From the NCBI GenBank assembly GCA_041689915.1, contig JBDNFH010000164.1, forward strand, positions 1 to 61,333: a stretch of 61,333 bases of DNA, given 5' to 3'. The DNA comes from Candidatus Nanopelagicales bacterium. Its GTDB lineage: Bacteria; Actinomycetota; Actinomycetes; S36-B12. Positions 41,176 to 57,102 of this stretch are shown here, piece by piece (the first letter of the stretch is position 1; each line of letters starts with the position of its first letter). The notes beneath the pieces were generated by a model. The model was not told the DNA's origin. It saw nothing but the letters and a program-made list of their open reading frames with translations, and did not search any database. The position numbers and the translations under genes were made by a program.

Positions 41176-42864
41176 ATGGCAAATATGAAACCACGCAGTG
41201 GAGATGTAACCGACGGACTTGAGCGCGCCCCAGCGCGTGGCATGTTACGTGCGGTCGGCATGGGTGACAAAGATTTCACCAAACCACAAATTGGAATTGC
41301 TTCAAGTTGGAATGAGATCACTCCATGCAACCTCTCGTTGGATCGCCTTGCTAAGGCAGCCAAGGAAGGCGTCCACGCAGGTGGTGGTTTCCCCATGCAA
41401 TTTGGAACTATTTCGGTCTCTGACGGCATTTCCATGGGACATGAAGGAATGCACTTCTCGCTCGTGAGCCGAGAAATCATTGCTGACTCGGTTGAAGCAG
41501 TAATGCAGGCCGAGCGCATGGACGGCATGGTGACATTTGCAGGCTGCGATAAATCGCTACCCGGAATGCTCATGGCGTCAGCCCGAATTGATGTCGCCTC
41601 CGTTTTCGTATACGCCGGCTCAATTTTGCCCGGATTCGTGAAACTTTCTGATGGCACTGAAAAAGATGTCACAATCATCGACGCCTTTGAAGCCGTTGGT
41701 GCGTGCGCACGTGGCCTGATGTCACGTGACGACGTAGATCGGATTGAACGTGCAATTTGCCCAGGTGAAGGTGCTTGCGGCGGCATGTATACGGCAAACA
41801 CCATGGCAAGTGCTGCGGAAGCAATGGGAATGTCACTGCCAGGTTCAGCTGCCCCGCCCGCGGTTGATCGTCGCCGTGATGGATTCGCGCGCCAATCCGG
41901 TGAAGCTGTAGTTGAATTAATCCGTCAAGGCATAACAACGAGGGACATCATTACTCGTCAGTCACTGGAAAACGCGATCGCGATTGTTATGGCCTTCGGT
42001 GGTTCAACCAATGCGGTACTGCATCTTTTGGCGATCGCCCATGAAGCCGAAGTCGAATTGCACTTGGAAGATTTCCACCGAATCGGTTCTAAAGTGCCAT
42101 TACTCGCTGACGTTAAACCATTTGGGCGTTACGTCATGAGTGACGTCGACCGAGTCGGCGGTGTTCCTGTGATTTTGCGGGCACTCCTTGATGCGGGTTT
42201 GATTCATGGAGATGCGCTTACGGTGACTGGCAAAACCATGGCAGAGAATCTTCGAGACATCAACCCACCGGATCCTGATGGAGATATTTTGTACGCTTCC
42301 AAAAATGCGATCGCTACAAGTGGCGGAATCACGATTCTGAGCGGATCCCTGGCCCCCGAGGGCGCTGTTGTGAAAAGCGCAGGTGTTCCCGTTGACAAGT
42401 TTGAAGGCAAGGCTCGCGTTTTTGAGAGAGAACAGAGCGCCATGGCAGCACTTGAAGACGGCACCATTACAGCAGGTGACGTTGTCGTGATTCGTTATGA
42501 AGGGCCAAAAGGCGGACCCGGTATGCGCGAGATGCTCATGATTACGGGTGCAATCAAGGGAGCGGGCCTTGGTAAAGAGGTTCTCCTGATCACCGATGGT
42601 CGATTCTCGGGTGGTACTACCGGACTGTGCGTGGGACATGTCACTCCTGAGACCGTTGATGGGGGTCCAATCGCACTCGTGGCCGAAGGTGATCGAATCT
42701 CCGTTGATCTAGTGGCCCGAACCCTGGATTTACATGTTGACCCGGCGGAGCTAGAGCGACGTAGGGCAGCATTTGTGCCATTGCCTAATCGATACACGCG
42801 TGGGGTTCTGGCAAAATATGCCAAATTGGTGGGTTCAGCGTCACTGGGAGCAGTTCTCGACTAG
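41176..42864 (+). CDS. ilvD: dihydroxy-acid dehydratase
   Basis: [22 protein letters not shown] and TDGRFSGGT motifs. Confidence 0.95.
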   Translation: MANMKPRSGDVTDGLERAPARGMLRAVGMGDKDFTKPQIGIASSWNEITPCNLSLDRLAKAAKEGVHAGGGFPMQFGTISVSDGISMGHEGMHFSLVSREIIADSVEAVMQAERMDGMVTFAGCDKSLPGMLMASARIDVASVFVYAGSILPGFVKLSDGTEKDVTIIDAFEAVGACARGLMSRDDVDRIERAICPGEGACGGMYTANTMASAAEAMGMSLPGSAAPPAVDRRRDGFARQSGEAVVELIRQGITTRDIITRQSLENAIAIVMAFGGSTNAVLHLLAIAHEAEVELHLEDFHRIGSKVPLLADVKPFGRYVMSDVDRVGGVPVILRALLDAGLIHGDALTVTGKTMAENLRDINPPDPDGDILYASKNAIATSGGITILSGSLAPEGAVVKSAGVPVDKFEGKARVFEREQSAMAALEDGTITAGDVVVIRYEGPKGGPGMREMLMITGAIKGAGLGKEVLLITDGRFSGGTTGLCVGHVTPETVDGGPIALVAEGDRISVDLVARTLDLHVDPAELERRRAAFVPLPNRYTRGVLAKYAKLVGSASLGAVLD

Positions 42865-42943
42865 TGCTGCGAAATTGGCTGCGGTTCAGGGTGTGTCCAA
42901 GGTCACTGATGACAAGCGAGCGTTGACGCGTTATGGTTCTCAT

Positions 42944-43042
42944 GTGTCACACATGTCACTTGTAGTTATTAGGCGCACGGGCTAAGCAGCAGCCAGTATC
43001 CGTGCGCAGCCCTCCGCAACCCTTAGGGGTCGGGGGGTTTTT
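42944..43042 (+). promoter_or_regulatory. ilvBNC leader: branched-chain-rich leader peptide plus attenuator structures
   Basis: The short ORF ATG 42953 to TAA 42985 encodes MSLVVIRRTG, with an in-frame GTG at 42944. Stem GCGCACGG 42973-42980 pairs with CCGTGCGC 43000-43007. This is followed by the terminator hairpin 43010-43037 and TTTTT. Confidence 0.7.
43010..43042 (+). terminator. intrinsic terminator (attenuator) upstream of ilvB
   Basis: CCCUCCG (43010-43016) pairs with CGGGGGG (43031-43037). There is an inner ACCC/GGGU stem with a UUAG loop, followed by U5 at 43038-43042. It lies 46 nt before the ilvB GTG. Confidence 0.7.
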
Positions 43043-43088
43043 CATTACCGAGCCGAGTTGAACCGAACCGAAAGGAGGCACAGCAATC

Positions 43089-44870
43089 GTGATAAATTCA
43101 CAAGACATAAACTCCGAAGCAGGCCGACAAGCGGCCCAGATGACCGGGGCTCAGAGTTTGATTGCTTCAATGGAGGCCGCGGGCGTCGAGGTTATTTTCG
43201 GTATTCCCGGCGGAGCAATCCTGCCGGCCTACGACCCGCTGATGGACTCAACGAAGATCCGCCACATTTTGGTCCGACATGAACAGGGCGCGGGTCACGC
43301 TGCAGAAGGTTACGCCAGCGCAACCGGCCGAGTTGGCGTCTGCATGGCAACAAGCGGTCCGGGCGCAACCAATTTAGTCACGCCGATCTCAGATGCCTAT
43401 ATGGATTCGGTACCCATGGTCGCAATAACGGGACAGGTCCCCAGCGCTTCCATTGGCACCGATGCGTTCCAAGAGGCTGATATTCGAGGCATCACCATGC
43501 CGATCACCAAACATAATTTCCTGATCACTGACCCCGCTGAAATCCCCAGGGCGATCGCGGAAGCATTCCATTTGGCATCAACAGGTCGGACGGGACCTGT
43601 TCTCGTTGACATTGCCAAGGACGCACTACAAGGGCAAACAATTTTTAATTGGCCGGAATCAATTGACCTTCCCGGTTATAACCCACGAACTCGACCTCAC
43701 TCCAAACAAATTCGCGAAGCTGCGAAATTGATCTTGTCCAGTCGGCAACCGGTTCTCTATGTCGGTGGAGGGGTAATTCGAGCAAATGCTTCGGCATCCC
43801 TTCGCACGTTGGCTGAATTAACAGGAATCCCGGTCGTTACGACCCTCATGGCTCGTGGAGCATTCCCTGATTCGCACACCCAGCATTTGGGTATGCCCGG
43901 CATGCACGGAACGGTCTCAGCCGTCGGCGCATTGCAAAAGGCTGATTTGCTTATTACTCTTGGGGCCCGTTTTGACGACCGTGTCACGGGAAAACTTTCG
44001 TCATTTGCACCAAATGCCGCGGTGATTCACGCAGATATTGATCCCGCTGAGATTGGCAAGAATCGCGGTGCCGACATTCCAATCGTTGGTGACGTAGCAG
44101 AAGTTATTCCTGAACTCATCGCGGCAATCAATGCTGAGATCGAGTTGGGAAATGTCGGCGACTATGCAGGGTGGTGGACAGAGCTCAACAGGCTCCGTGA
44201 CACTTACCCATTGGGCTACGACCTACCCACCGACGGAACCCTGTCCCCCCAATACGTCATCGAACGGCTCGGCAAAATTTCCGGTCCCGAGTCGATTTAC
44301 GCGGCGGGCGTTGGTCAGCATCAAATGTGGGCTGCTCAATTCATTGGTTACGAATATCCCGGTACTTGGCTGAACTCGGGTGGTGCCGGAACCATGGGCT
44401 ATTCAGTTCCAGCCGCAATGGGTGCAAAAGTGGGTTGCCCTGATAAGACCGTTTGGGCAATTGATGGTGATGGATGCTTCCAAATGACAAACCAAGAACT
44501 CGCTACGTGCACGATCAACGACATCCCGATTAAAGTTGCTCTCATTAACAATTCAAGTCTTGGCATGGTTCGTCAGTGGCAAACACTTTTCTACAACGAG
44601 CGCTATTCAAATACGGACTTGGAGTCGCACCAAGTCCCCGATTTCGTCAAGTTGGCGGAAGCCTATGGTGCCTACGGACTTCGGTGTAACAACACGGAAT
44701 CAGTAGACTCAATCATCGAAAAAGCTCTAAGCCTTACCGACGCCCCAGTGGTAATCGACTTCGTAGTCAACCGTGATGCCATGGTGTGGCCCATGGTTGC
44801 AGCCGGAACAGGGAATGACGAAATCCTTTATGCGCGTTCTATGGCGCCTGAATGGGGGAGTCACGACTAA
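43089..44870 (+). CDS. ilvB: acetolactate synthase large subunit
   Basis: ThDP motif [16 protein letters not shown]...[16 protein letters not shown] start preceded by AAAGGAGG at 43071-43078. Confidence 0.95.
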   Translation: MINSQDINSEAGRQAAQMTGAQSLIASMEAAGVEVIFGIPGGAILPAYDPLMDSTKIRHILVRHEQGAGHAAEGYASATGRVGVCMATSGPGATNLVTPISDAYMDSVPMVAITGQVPSASIGTDAFQEADIRGITMPITKHNFLITDPAEIPRAIAEAFHLASTGRTGPVLVDIAKDALQGQTIFNWPESIDLPGYNPRTRPHSKQIREAAKLILSSRQPVLYVGGGVIRANASASLRTLAELTGIPVVTTLMARGAFPDSHTQHLGMPGMHGTVSAVGALQKADLLITLGARFDDRVTGKLSSFAPNAAVIHADIDPAEIGKNRGADIPIVGDVAEVIPELIAAINAEIELGNVGDYAGWWTELNRLRDTYPLGYDLPTDGTLSPQYVIERLGKISGPESIYAAGVGQHQMWAAQFIGYEYPGTWLNSGGAGTMGYSVPAAMGAKVGCPDKTVWAIDGDGCFQMTNQELATCTINDIPIKVALINNSSLGMVRQWQTLFYNERYSNTDLESHQVPDFVKLAEAYGAYGLRCNNTESVDSIIEKALSLTDAPVVIDFVVNRDAMVWPMVAAGTGNDEILYARSMAPEWGSHD

Positions 44871-45394
44871 TGACTCGGCACACACTTTCCGTACTCGTAC
44901 AAGATCAGCCAGGGGTTTTGGCACGAGTGGCTATTCTGTTCGCACGCAGAGGTTTCAACATTGAATCCCTTGCCGTGGGACCAACTGAATTACCTGACGT
45001 CTCCCGCATGACGATCGTTGTCAACGTCGAGGGTCTGGCGCTTGAGCAGATCACCAAGCAGTTAAATAAATTGATCAATGTTCTCAAGATTGTCGAACTT
45101 GAAGCCGATGCATCGGTTCAGCGCGAGATCCTATTGGTCAAAGTCAAGGTTGACCTTGGGTCCCGGAGCCACATTTTGGAAACGGCACAACTCTTTCGGG
45201 CGAAAGTGGTCGACGTCTCCCTAGACTCCGTCACAATTGAGGCTACGGGTGCGCCCGATAAGTTGGAGGCCTTGCTTAGCATTCTCGAACCCTTCGGGAT
45301 TCGGGAATTAGTCCAGTCAGGCATGGTCGCCATGGGGCGTGGTTCACGTTCCATAAGTGATCGAAGTGTGCGTCCCTCTGATAAAACTGCATAG
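44870..45394 (+). CDS. ilvN: acetolactate synthase small (regulatory) subunit
   Basis: [23 protein letters not shown]-domain N-terminus. ATG 44870 overlaps the ilvB TAA by 1 nt. Confidence 0.9.
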   Translation: MTRHTLSVLVQDQPGVLARVAILFARRGFNIESLAVGPTELPDVSRMTIVVNVEGLALEQITKQLNKLINVLKIVELEADASVQREILLVKVKVDLGSRSHILETAQLFRAKVVDVSLDSVTIEATGAPDKLEALLSILEPFGIRELVQSGMVAMGRGSRSISDRSVRPSDKTA

Positions 45395-45440
45395 AAAACC
45401 TCGTTGAAACCCTGTAAATTTAAACGGAAAACCAATATGA

Positions 45441-46481
<1,041 letters not shown>

Positions 46482-46539
46482 GTACTCAGTGAGGAAAGGC
46501 TAAAGAGCAATGCCATTGTCAGGTGATTAGGATTACGTC

Positions 46540-50077
<3,538 letters not shown>

Positions 50078-50148
50078 GTAGGCGCGTTCATAATGGCTAA
50101 AGCCTAGCACCGAAGTTTTCGCAGGCGCGTACCCACTAAAGTTCACGC

Positions 50149-51213
50149 ATGAGCGCCAACTACTCGATAGCACTTATCCCAGGGGATGGAATTGGCACCG
50201 AAGTGGTCGCTGAAGCCCTCAAGGTTCTGGAAGTCGTCGCGCGAGTAGCCGGTTTCACGTTTGAAACCACGGAATACGACCTGAGCGCCAAGCGATACAA
50301 CGCCACGGGCGAACTGCTGCCTGACTACATAGTTGAAGAGTTGCGCTCAAGAGATGCAATCCTCTTGGGCGCTATCGGAGATCCCAGCGTTGCACCTGGA
50401 GTCCTTGAGCGCGGGGTCTTACTGCCGTTGCGTTTCACCATGGATCAGCACGTTAATTTGCGCCCGGTCAAACTATTCGAAGGTGTCACTGGACCGCTTG
50501 CAGGCAAAGGACCAAAAGATATTGACTTCATTGTGTGTCGCGAGGGTACCGAAGGCCCCTATGTTGGCGCGGGCGGCGTTTTACGCAAGGGCACCCCGCA
50601 TGAAGTTGCAACAGAAGTAAGCCTTAACACTGCGTTCGGTGTTGAGCGCATTGTGCGCGACGCATTTGATCGAGCATCAAAGCGACCTCGCAAAAAAGTG
50701 ACGCTGGTTCACAAAACCAACGTTTTGGTATTTGCTGGCAACCTGTGGGAGAGAACATTCGATCGAGTTGCCGCGGAATACCCTGATATTGCAACCGAGT
50801 ATTTGCATGTTGATGCTGCTTCTATGTTCTTCTTAACCAACCCTGAACGCTTTGACGTTGTAGTAACCGACAATCTTTTCGGAGATATCCTCACTGATAT
50901 TGGGGCGGCAATCGGCGGTGGGATTGGGCTGGCGGCTAGCGGAAACATTGACCCAAGCCGCAGCAATCCCAGCATGTTCGAACCGGTTCATGGATCTGCA
51001 CCAGACATTGCGGGCCAAGGGAAAGCAGATCCCACCGCAACCGTGATGTCACTCGCCATGCTTTTGGACCATATTGGAGAGAGCCAAGCTGCCCACTGGA
51101 TTGAGCAGGCGGTCGCAGTGGACCTTGCTGCGCGCGGTACCAAACTTCGATCAACTTCTGAAATCGGTACGGCATTGGCCAATGCAAGTTTGACAGTGGC
51201 AGAAGGAAATTAA
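50149..51213 (+). CDS. leuB: 3-isopropylmalate dehydrogenase
   Basis: [13 protein letters not shown] and NLFGDILTD motifs. Confidence 0.95.
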   Translation: MSANYSIALIPGDGIGTEVVAEALKVLEVVARVAGFTFETTEYDLSAKRYNATGELLPDYIVEELRSRDAILLGAIGDPSVAPGVLERGVLLPLRFTMDQHVNLRPVKLFEGVTGPLAGKGPKDIDFIVCREGTEGPYVGAGGVLRKGTPHEVATEVSLNTAFGVERIVRDAFDRASKRPRKKVTLVHKTNVLVFAGNLWERTFDRVAAEYPDIATEYLHVDAASMFFLTNPERFDVVVTDNLFGDILTDIGAAIGGGIGLAASGNIDPSRSNPSMFEPVHGSAPDIAGQGKADPTATVMSLAMLLDHIGESQAAHWIEQAVAVDLAARGTKLRSTSEIGTALANASLTVAEGN

Positions 51214-51214
51214 A

Positions 51215-52324
51215 GTGTCCGAACTTTGGAAGATTGAAAACAAGACTGCTGGTGCAGTGCGCCAAAGCGATGGGAAGCGCGAGGAAATTCTTGCGAACCC
51301 GGGATTTGGAAAATACTTCACTGACTCCATGGTGACGGCAGACTGGGATGTCAAGAATGGCTGGCATGACGCCCAGTTGATTCCCTATGGTCCGTTAGTA
51401 CTCAATCCGGCGACTAACTTCATCCACTATGGCCAGGCAATTTTCGAAGGACTCAAGGCCTACCGCCATGAAGACGGCAGTATCAAAACCTTCCGGCCAT
51501 TTGAAAACGCGCGGCGCTTTGAACGCTCGGCCAGACGCCTTGCCATGGCTGAGGTTCCCGAAGAACTTTTCGTGGCAAGTATCGAAGAATTGGTAGTCTA
51601 TGATCAGGAGTGGGTTCCTGGTGGGCGAGAGCGGTCTTTGTATCTGCGACCGTTTCTGATTTCAACGGAAGTTGGTCTTGGGGTAAGGCCGGCCAATGCA
51701 TATAAATATGTGCTCATTGCATCTCCGGCCGGTGCCTATTTTGCTGGGGGAATCAATCCGGTTTCAGTCTGGATCTCTGACGAATATGTGCGAGCGGCCC
51801 CGGGTGGAACCGGTGAAGCCAAGTGTGCCGGAAACTACGCTGCCTCATTGCTTGCGCAGACAGAGGCAGCCGCTCACGGCTGTGACCAAGTGGTATGGCT
51901 TGACGCAGTTGATCGGCAGAGGATTGAAGAGATGGGGGGCATGAATCTTTATTTTGTCTATGGCACTGGGGATTCAGCTCAAATAATGACCCCGAAACTG
52001 ACCGGTTCACTACTCCCAGGAATTACCCGTGAATCCCTCATCACGGTGGCTGCAGATCTTGGTATTCGGGTTGATCAAGGAGAAATTACTGTGGATCAAC
52101 TCAGGACTGGCTGTGAAAATGGTGAGATCACCGAAGTCTTTGCCTGTGGAACTGCTGCAGTGATCACTCCCGTAGGAACGGTCAAGAGTCGTCGCAATGG
52201 TTCATTTGACGTGGCCGGAGGTAAGTCCGGAGAGGTCACTCTGGCATTACGCGATGCCCTGCTTGATATTCAGTCAGGTGCAGTGCCTGATCGTCACAGC
52301 TGGATGCATGTACTCGTTGACTAG
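51215..52324 (+). CDS. ilvE: branched-chain amino acid aminotransferase
   Basis: 369 aa, PLP fold-type IV pattern ([13 protein letters not shown]). GTG start 1 nt after the leuB stop. Confidence 0.9.
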   Translation: MSELWKIENKTAGAVRQSDGKREEILANPGFGKYFTDSMVTADWDVKNGWHDAQLIPYGPLVLNPATNFIHYGQAIFEGLKAYRHEDGSIKTFRPFENARRFERSARRLAMAEVPEELFVASIEELVVYDQEWVPGGRERSLYLRPFLISTEVGLGVRPANAYKYVLIASPAGAYFAGGINPVSVWISDEYVRAAPGGTGEAKCAGNYAASLLAQTEAAAHGCDQVVWLDAVDRQRIEEMGGMNLYFVYGTGDSAQIMTPKLTGSLLPGITRESLITVAADLGIRVDQGEITVDQLRTGCENGEITEVFACGTAAVITPVGTVKSRRNGSFDVAGGKSGEVTLALRDALLDIQSGAVPDRHSWMHVLVD

Positions 52325-52374
52325 GCAAATCTTGTTAGAGCGTATATGCAATGCAGTGGAAACGGAGTAGGGAA

Positions 52375-53946
52375 ATGACTAAGAGCGACGCTTTCCATGT
52401 CTATGACACCACGCTGCGCGACGGTGCTCAGCGAGAAGGCATTTCCTATTCGGTAAATGACAAACTTGCCGTTGCGCGTTTACTCGATGATTATGGTGTT
52501 GATTTCATCGAGGGTGGTTGGCCCGGAGCTATGCCTAAAGACACCGAATTCTTTGAAAAGGCCCGAGCGATTCCATTTCGTAATGCCCAACTTGTCGCAT
52601 TCGGTGCGACCCGCAAAGCGGGAGTGGCAGTAAAAGAAGATTTGCAGGTCAAGGCACTCCTTGACAGTCAAGCACCCGTAATCACTTTGGTGGCGAAATC
52701 TGATATCCGTCACGTTGAACAGGCACTCAAGACAACGGGCGCCGAAAACTTAGACATGGTGTCAGACACGGTCCGTTATTTAGTTTCACAAGGTCGCCGA
52801 GTATTTGTCGATTTAGAACATTTCTTTGACGGCTACAAAACTGATCCGAATTACGCACTTTCAGTAGTTGAGAGTGCACGTGATGCTGGTGCGTCCGTTG
52901 TAGTGCTGTGTGACACCAATGGCGGAATGTTGCCAAGTGGAATCGAAAGAATCGTGAGTGAAGTAGGGCAGCGTTCGGGTGCTAGGCTTGGAATTCATTG
53001 TCAGGATGACACCGCGTGCGCGGTTGCCAACACGTTAGCGGCGGTTGAGGCCGGAGCAACACATGTGCAATGCACGGCTAATGGTTACGGCGAGCGAACT
53101 GGTAACGCTGACTTGTTCCCGGTCGTGGCTAACTTGCAGTTAAAGATGGGAATTGAGTGCATTCCTGCGGAATCCTTGGCTGACACGTATCGGGTCTCAC
53201 ACGCAATCGCAGAAATTGCAAATATTGCACCGGCCACACACCAGGCGTATGCGGGAGTTTCGTCATTCGCACATAAAGCTGGATTACATGCCAGCGCTTT
53301 GAAAATTAATGCTGATTTATACAACCATATTGATCCCGTGAGTGTTGGAAATATTCAGCGCGTATTGGTGACTGAAATGGCCGGCCGCGCGTCGGTGGAG
53401 CTAAAAGGTGCGGAACTGGGACTGGATCTCAGCGGGAGTCCGGCCGTGGTCTCAGCTGTTGTGGAGCGAGTCAAAGCTCTAGAGGCACAGGGTTGGTCAT
53501 TTGAGGCAGCTGACGCGTCTTTTGAACTGCTCGTGCGCGAGCAACAAGGTTCGGAGCGGAAATTTATGGTGGAATCATGGCGGACAATCGTCGAGCAGCG
53601 CGAAGATGGGAAAGTTGTCAGTGAGGCGACTGTCAAATTGCATGCAAATGGCGAACGCCTAGTTTCCACAGGCGAAGGAAACGGTCCCGTTAACGCACTA
53701 GATAACGCCCTGAGAAACGCTGTATCGCAGCTATTCCCAGATCTCGGCAAGCTCGAGCTAACTGACTACAAGGTTCGAATTTTGGAAGGAATCAAAGGAA
53801 CGGGTGCCATTACGCGCGTTCTGATTGAAACGAGCGACGGTGAACGTGAATGGACCACGATCGGGGTGCATGAGAATGTCATCGCAGCATCATGGCAAGC
53901 TCTCGACGACGCCGTTCATTACGGACTCGTGCGCGGGCGTAAGTGA
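52375..53946 (+). CDS. cimA: citramalate synthase / short IPMS-family enzyme
   Basis: VYDTTLRDGAQ, GIHCQDDTACAVANTLAAV and a LeuA-dimer-like C-terminus. ATG 52375 is preferred. Confidence 0.8.
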   Translation: MTKSDAFHVYDTTLRDGAQREGISYSVNDKLAVARLLDDYGVDFIEGGWPGAMPKDTEFFEKARAIPFRNAQLVAFGATRKAGVAVKEDLQVKALLDSQAPVITLVAKSDIRHVEQALKTTGAENLDMVSDTVRYLVSQGRRVFVDLEHFFDGYKTDPNYALSVVESARDAGASVVVLCDTNGGMLPSGIERIVSEVGQRSGARLGIHCQDDTACAVANTLAAVEAGATHVQCTANGYGERTGNADLFPVVANLQLKMGIECIPAESLADTYRVSHAIAEIANIAPATHQAYAGVSSFAHKAGLHASALKINADLYNHIDPVSVGNIQRVLVTEMAGRASVELKGAELGLDLSGSPAVVSAVVERVKALEAQGWSFEAADASFELLVREQQGSERKFMVESWRTIVEQREDGKVVSEATVKLHANGERLVSTGEGNGPVNALDNALRNAVSQLFPDLGKLELTDYKVRILEGIKGTGAITRVLIETSDGEREWTTIGVHENVIAASWQALDDAVHYGLVRGRK

Positions 53947-53979
53947 GATACAAGTAGCCGCAACGAGTAGTGTGTCCAA

Positions 53980-54768
53980 GTGCGCATCTGTCGATTCTCT
54001 CATGGTGAAGAAGTAAGTTTTGGTGTCCTTGACAACCTTGATGCGCAAGGCGGACTCACTGACAATTCAATTATTGCAATTCTTAGGGGTCACCCATTTG
54101 GTGAGCCTGATCCTGACGGCCGCGTGATTGCCGCATCAGCAGTAAAACTGTTGGCGCCAATCCTTCCGAACAAGATAATTGGAATTGGTAAGAACTACGC
54201 GGATCACGCAGCCGAGATGGATGGCGTGCTTCCACCCGAGCCTTTGATGTTCCTCAAGCCAAGTACATCTGTCATCGGCCCGAATGAATTTATCGTGCTC
54301 CCAAAGCAAACCTCGGTGGTTCACCATGAAGCGGAGTTGGCGGTCGTTATTGGTCGGTTCTGCAAGGATGTTCCGCGAGAGCGGGTAGCAGAGGTTATTT
54401 TGGGTTACACCTGCGCCAATGACGTTTCAGCACGTGACGTGCAAAAGTCAGATGTCCAATGGGCGAGGGCGAAGGGCTTCGATACTTTTTGCCCGCTAGG
54501 TCCATGGATTGAAACCGATCTAGATCCAAGTGATCTCGCGGTCACGGCATATGTTGGTGATCAACTACGTCAATCGGGGAGCACGAAGGACCTGATTTTT
54601 TCAGTTGTTGATCTGGTGAGCTATGTCAGTCACCAAATGACTTTACTGCCAGGGGATGTAATCCTGACCGGAACCCCGGCCGGTGTGGGCCCGCTTCTTG
54701 CGGGCGACGAAGTGGAAGTCGCAATTGAAGGAATTGGAAGTTTGGTCAACAAGGTGGAGCATGCTTAA
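53980..54768 (+). CDS. fumarylacetoacetate hydrolase family protein
   Basis: 262 aa with GIGKNYADHA, HHEAELAVVIG and LLPGDVILTGTPAGVG motifs. Confidence 0.85.
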   Translation: MRICRFSHGEEVSFGVLDNLDAQGGLTDNSIIAILRGHPFGEPDPDGRVIAASAVKLLAPILPNKIIGIGKNYADHAAEMDGVLPPEPLMFLKPSTSVIGPNEFIVLPKQTSVVHHEAELAVVIGRFCKDVPRERVAEVILGYTCANDVSARDVQKSDVQWARAKGFDTFCPLGPWIETDLDPSDLAVTAYVGDQLRQSGSTKDLIFSVVDLVSYVSHQMTLLPGDVILTGTPAGVGPLLAGDEVEVAIEGIGSLVNKVEHA

Positions 54769-56252
54769 TGAGTGACATTCGAGTTCGATTCTGCCCGTCA
54801 CCCACGGGCAACCCACACGTTGGCATGATCCGAACCGCACTCTTCAATTGGGCATTTGCTCGACATGTCGGCGGCACCTTTGTATTTCGAATAGAAGACA
54901 CCGATGCGGCTCGAGACTCACAGGATTCCTACGACGCACTCGTGGAAAGTATGCGTTGGCTTGGTTTGGATTGGGATGAAGGTCCCGAGGTCGGGGGTGG
55001 GTACGGTCCCTACCGCCAATCAGAGCGAATGGGTATCTACGCAGATGTTGTTGAAAAACTTCTTGAGTCAGGGTTTGCCTACCGTTGCTATTGCAGTGCC
55101 ACGGAACTTGACGCTAAACGTGAACTTGCCACTGCAGAAAAGCGAACGCCAGGTTATGACGGTTCCTGTCGGGTGCTGAGCAAGGAACAGGTTGAGGCTT
55201 TTGTGGCCCAAGGTCGCGAGCCGGTAATCCGCTATCGCATGCCGGGCATTGACTTTACGTGGAAAGACCTTATTCGTGGGGATGTAACTTTCCAAGCGGA
55301 ACATGTTCCTGACTTCGTATTAGTCCGGGCCAATGGTGATCCGTTGTATACGTTGGTGAATCCGGTCGACGACGCAATGATGCGTATTACACATGTTCTG
55401 CGGGGCGAGGATCTGCTTTCATCGACACCGAGACAGCTTGCCTTATTTGAGGGGCTCAAAGTAATCGGAGTCGCAAAGGAAACGCCAGCCTACGGCCATT
55501 TGCCATACGTTATGGGCGAAGGTAACAAGAAACTGTCAAAGCGTGATCCCGAATCTTCACTTGCCATGTACCGATCGAGTGGTTACCTCCCTGAAGCGCT
55601 ATTGAACTACTTGGCGCTTCTGGGATGGTCCATGGGCAATGACGTTGAGTTCTTCTCTCCTCATGAATTGACACAGGCATTTACTTTGGAACGAGTGAAC
55701 CCCAATCCGGCACGATTTGATCTAAAGAAGTGCACGTCGATCAACGGAGACTGGATTCGTCACATATCTGAATCCGACTTGTGCCAACGACTCATCCCGT
55801 TCTTGGAGTCCGCCGCGGTCACGTCAACACCAATTTCAGCAGGTGAACGTGAGCGACTGGCTCTGGTTATCCCACTCATTCAAGAACGACTCGACACACT
55901 CGCTGCGGCCCCCGAGCTAATCACCTTTCTTTTCATTCCGGCGGCGCAGTTGAGCATTGACCCTGATTTGTGGACACCAGAGTCAGCACAGGTGCTGGGT
56001 TTGGCTGGAAAAGTGCTAGCTGAACTGGAGTTCTGGAATGCCGGCGAGATCCAAGGCGCCTTACGTGAATCCCTCGTTGAAGGCTTGACGCTCAAACCCA
56101 AACTGGCATTTGGTCCGGTGCGCACAGCAATCTGTGGACGGAAAATATCACCGCCGCTATTCGAGTCCATGGAAATTTTGGGCAAACAGGAGTCATTGCT
56201 TCGAATTGAGAATGCCACGGCTCAGGCTTTGGCTAGACCTTTGAGTGAGTGA
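54768..56252 (+). CDS. gltX: glutamate--tRNA ligase
   Basis: RFCPSPTGNPHVG (HIGH-type) and KLSKR (KMSKS-type) motifs. Confidence 0.95.
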   Translation: MSDIRVRFCPSPTGNPHVGMIRTALFNWAFARHVGGTFVFRIEDTDAARDSQDSYDALVESMRWLGLDWDEGPEVGGGYGPYRQSERMGIYADVVEKLLESGFAYRCYCSATELDAKRELATAEKRTPGYDGSCRVLSKEQVEAFVAQGREPVIRYRMPGIDFTWKDLIRGDVTFQAEHVPDFVLVRANGDPLYTLVNPVDDAMMRITHVLRGEDLLSSTPRQLALFEGLKVIGVAKETPAYGHLPYVMGEGNKKLSKRDPESSLAMYRSSGYLPEALLNYLALLGWSMGNDVEFFSPHELTQAFTLERVNPNPARFDLKKCTSINGDWIRHISESDLCQRLIPFLESAAVTSTPISAGERERLALVIPLIQERLDTLAAAPELITFLFIPAAQLSIDPDLWTPESAQVLGLAGKVLAELEFWNAGEIQGALRESLVEGLTLKPKLAFGPVRTAICGRKISPPLFESMEILGKQESLLRIENATAQALARPLSE

Positions 56253-56285
56253 TTTATTCTCGGCGATAGACTACTGCGGCACCCT

Positions 56286-56357
56286 TGGGGTATGGGGTAA
56301 TTGGCAGCCCAACTGATTCTGATTCAGTTAGTCTAGGTTCGAGTCCTGGTACCCCAG
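56286..56357 (+). tRNA. tRNA-Gln (anticodon CTG)
   Basis: Hand-folded cloverleaf. Acceptor is TGGGGTA/TACCCCA, anticodon stem ACTGA/TCAGT, loop TTCTGAT, T-arm CTAGG-TTCGAGT-CCTGG. Length 72 nt, no encoded CCA. Confidence 0.85.
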
Positions 56358-56397
56358 CGAATCGCGCATAAACGCGATTTTTTCCATGGCCCCGTTG

Positions 56398-56473
56398 TGT
56401 AGTGGCCTAGCACGCCGCCCTCTCAAGGCGGTAGCGCGGGTTCGAATCCCGTCGGGGCTACCAAGGGAATAGT
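56398..56473 (+). tRNA. tRNA-Glu (anticodon CTC), CCA encoded
   Basis: Acceptor is GGCCCCG/CGGGGCT (G1-U72), anticodon stem CCGCC/GGCGG, loop CTCTCAA, T-loop TTCGAAT, discriminator A plus CCA. Confidence 0.9.
56427..56471 (+). repeat. attL-like copy of a 45-bp direct repeat (3' part of tRNA-Glu)
   Basis: GCCCTCTCAAGGCGGTAGCGCGGGTTCGAATCCCGTCGGGGCTAC is identical to 58947-58991. Confidence 0.9.
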
Positions 56474-56481
56474 GCCCCTGA

Positions 56482-56517
56482 CCGGCAGCGATGCCGGTCA
56501 GGGGCACTTCGCGGTTT
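56482..56517. terminator. perfect 15-bp-stem hairpin just past tRNA-Glu
   Basis: GTGCCCCTGACCGGC, then AGCGAT, then GCCGGTCAGGGGCAC. A T-run follows only after 8 nt, so it may act bidirectionally between the tRNA and the recombinase remnant. Confidence 0.4.
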
Positions 56518-56519
56518 TG

Positions 56520-56700
56520 GGGCGTGGGTGTGTTTGGCACCAGTAGAATCAGTGATCGCAACGGTGTCGACTGCCTGACGAGATTTGTCGAGCATCGTGG
56601 TTGTGGCAGTGTGGCGTAGCTCGTGGGGGTGCCGGTAAACACCAGGTCGTTGAGGACCTCGGCGCCGCGTCATCGGCCAGTGGCGAGAGCGGTCTGGCCT
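56520..56700 (-). pseudogene. tyrosine recombinase (integrase) C-terminal remnant
   Basis: The minus-frame peptide VYRHPHELRHTATTTMLDKS resembles the box II H-x-L-R-H-T motif. No intact ORF exists and the upstream high-GC frames (to about 57030) are broken. Confidence 0.4.
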
Positions 56701-57102
56701 CGCAGATCGCTTCGCTGACCTCCACGGTCTGCTCGCTCACTGCCAGGAACTCCTGGTAGGTGGCCAACTCCTTGCGCACCTTCGCCACGTCCGGGCCCAC
56801 CAGCTGACGCCCTTTCGTTTTGCCACCGGCCACCGAGCGGGTCCACAGAAACCGTGGCCCATGGCCCCGATGGTCCGGTTGCGCGCCCGCCAGAGTTGCC
56901 GCGCGCACCGCACCACCGAAACGGTCTCACTCCTTTCCACCGAATCAAGCACGCGACCCCCACTATTGCGTAATTCTCACACAGATACCGTCCCCATTTC
57001 GTTACTGAAAAATCGGTGATGCACACGATGAACCTGTGGATAGCAAAATCCGCGACTCGTTAATTCCGGCTAATGTGGCTCAATGACAGCTTGGCAACGA
57101 GA

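Noticed and set aside
41106-41804. 232-aa minus-strand ORF across the gatB end and ilvD start. Comparable antisense ORFs are at 1355-1984 and 2695-3336.
   Set aside because: They are antisense to genes with unmistakable motifs (ilvD, thiolase, meaB, thioredoxin). Composition is low-complexity, with no start context and no recognisable domains.
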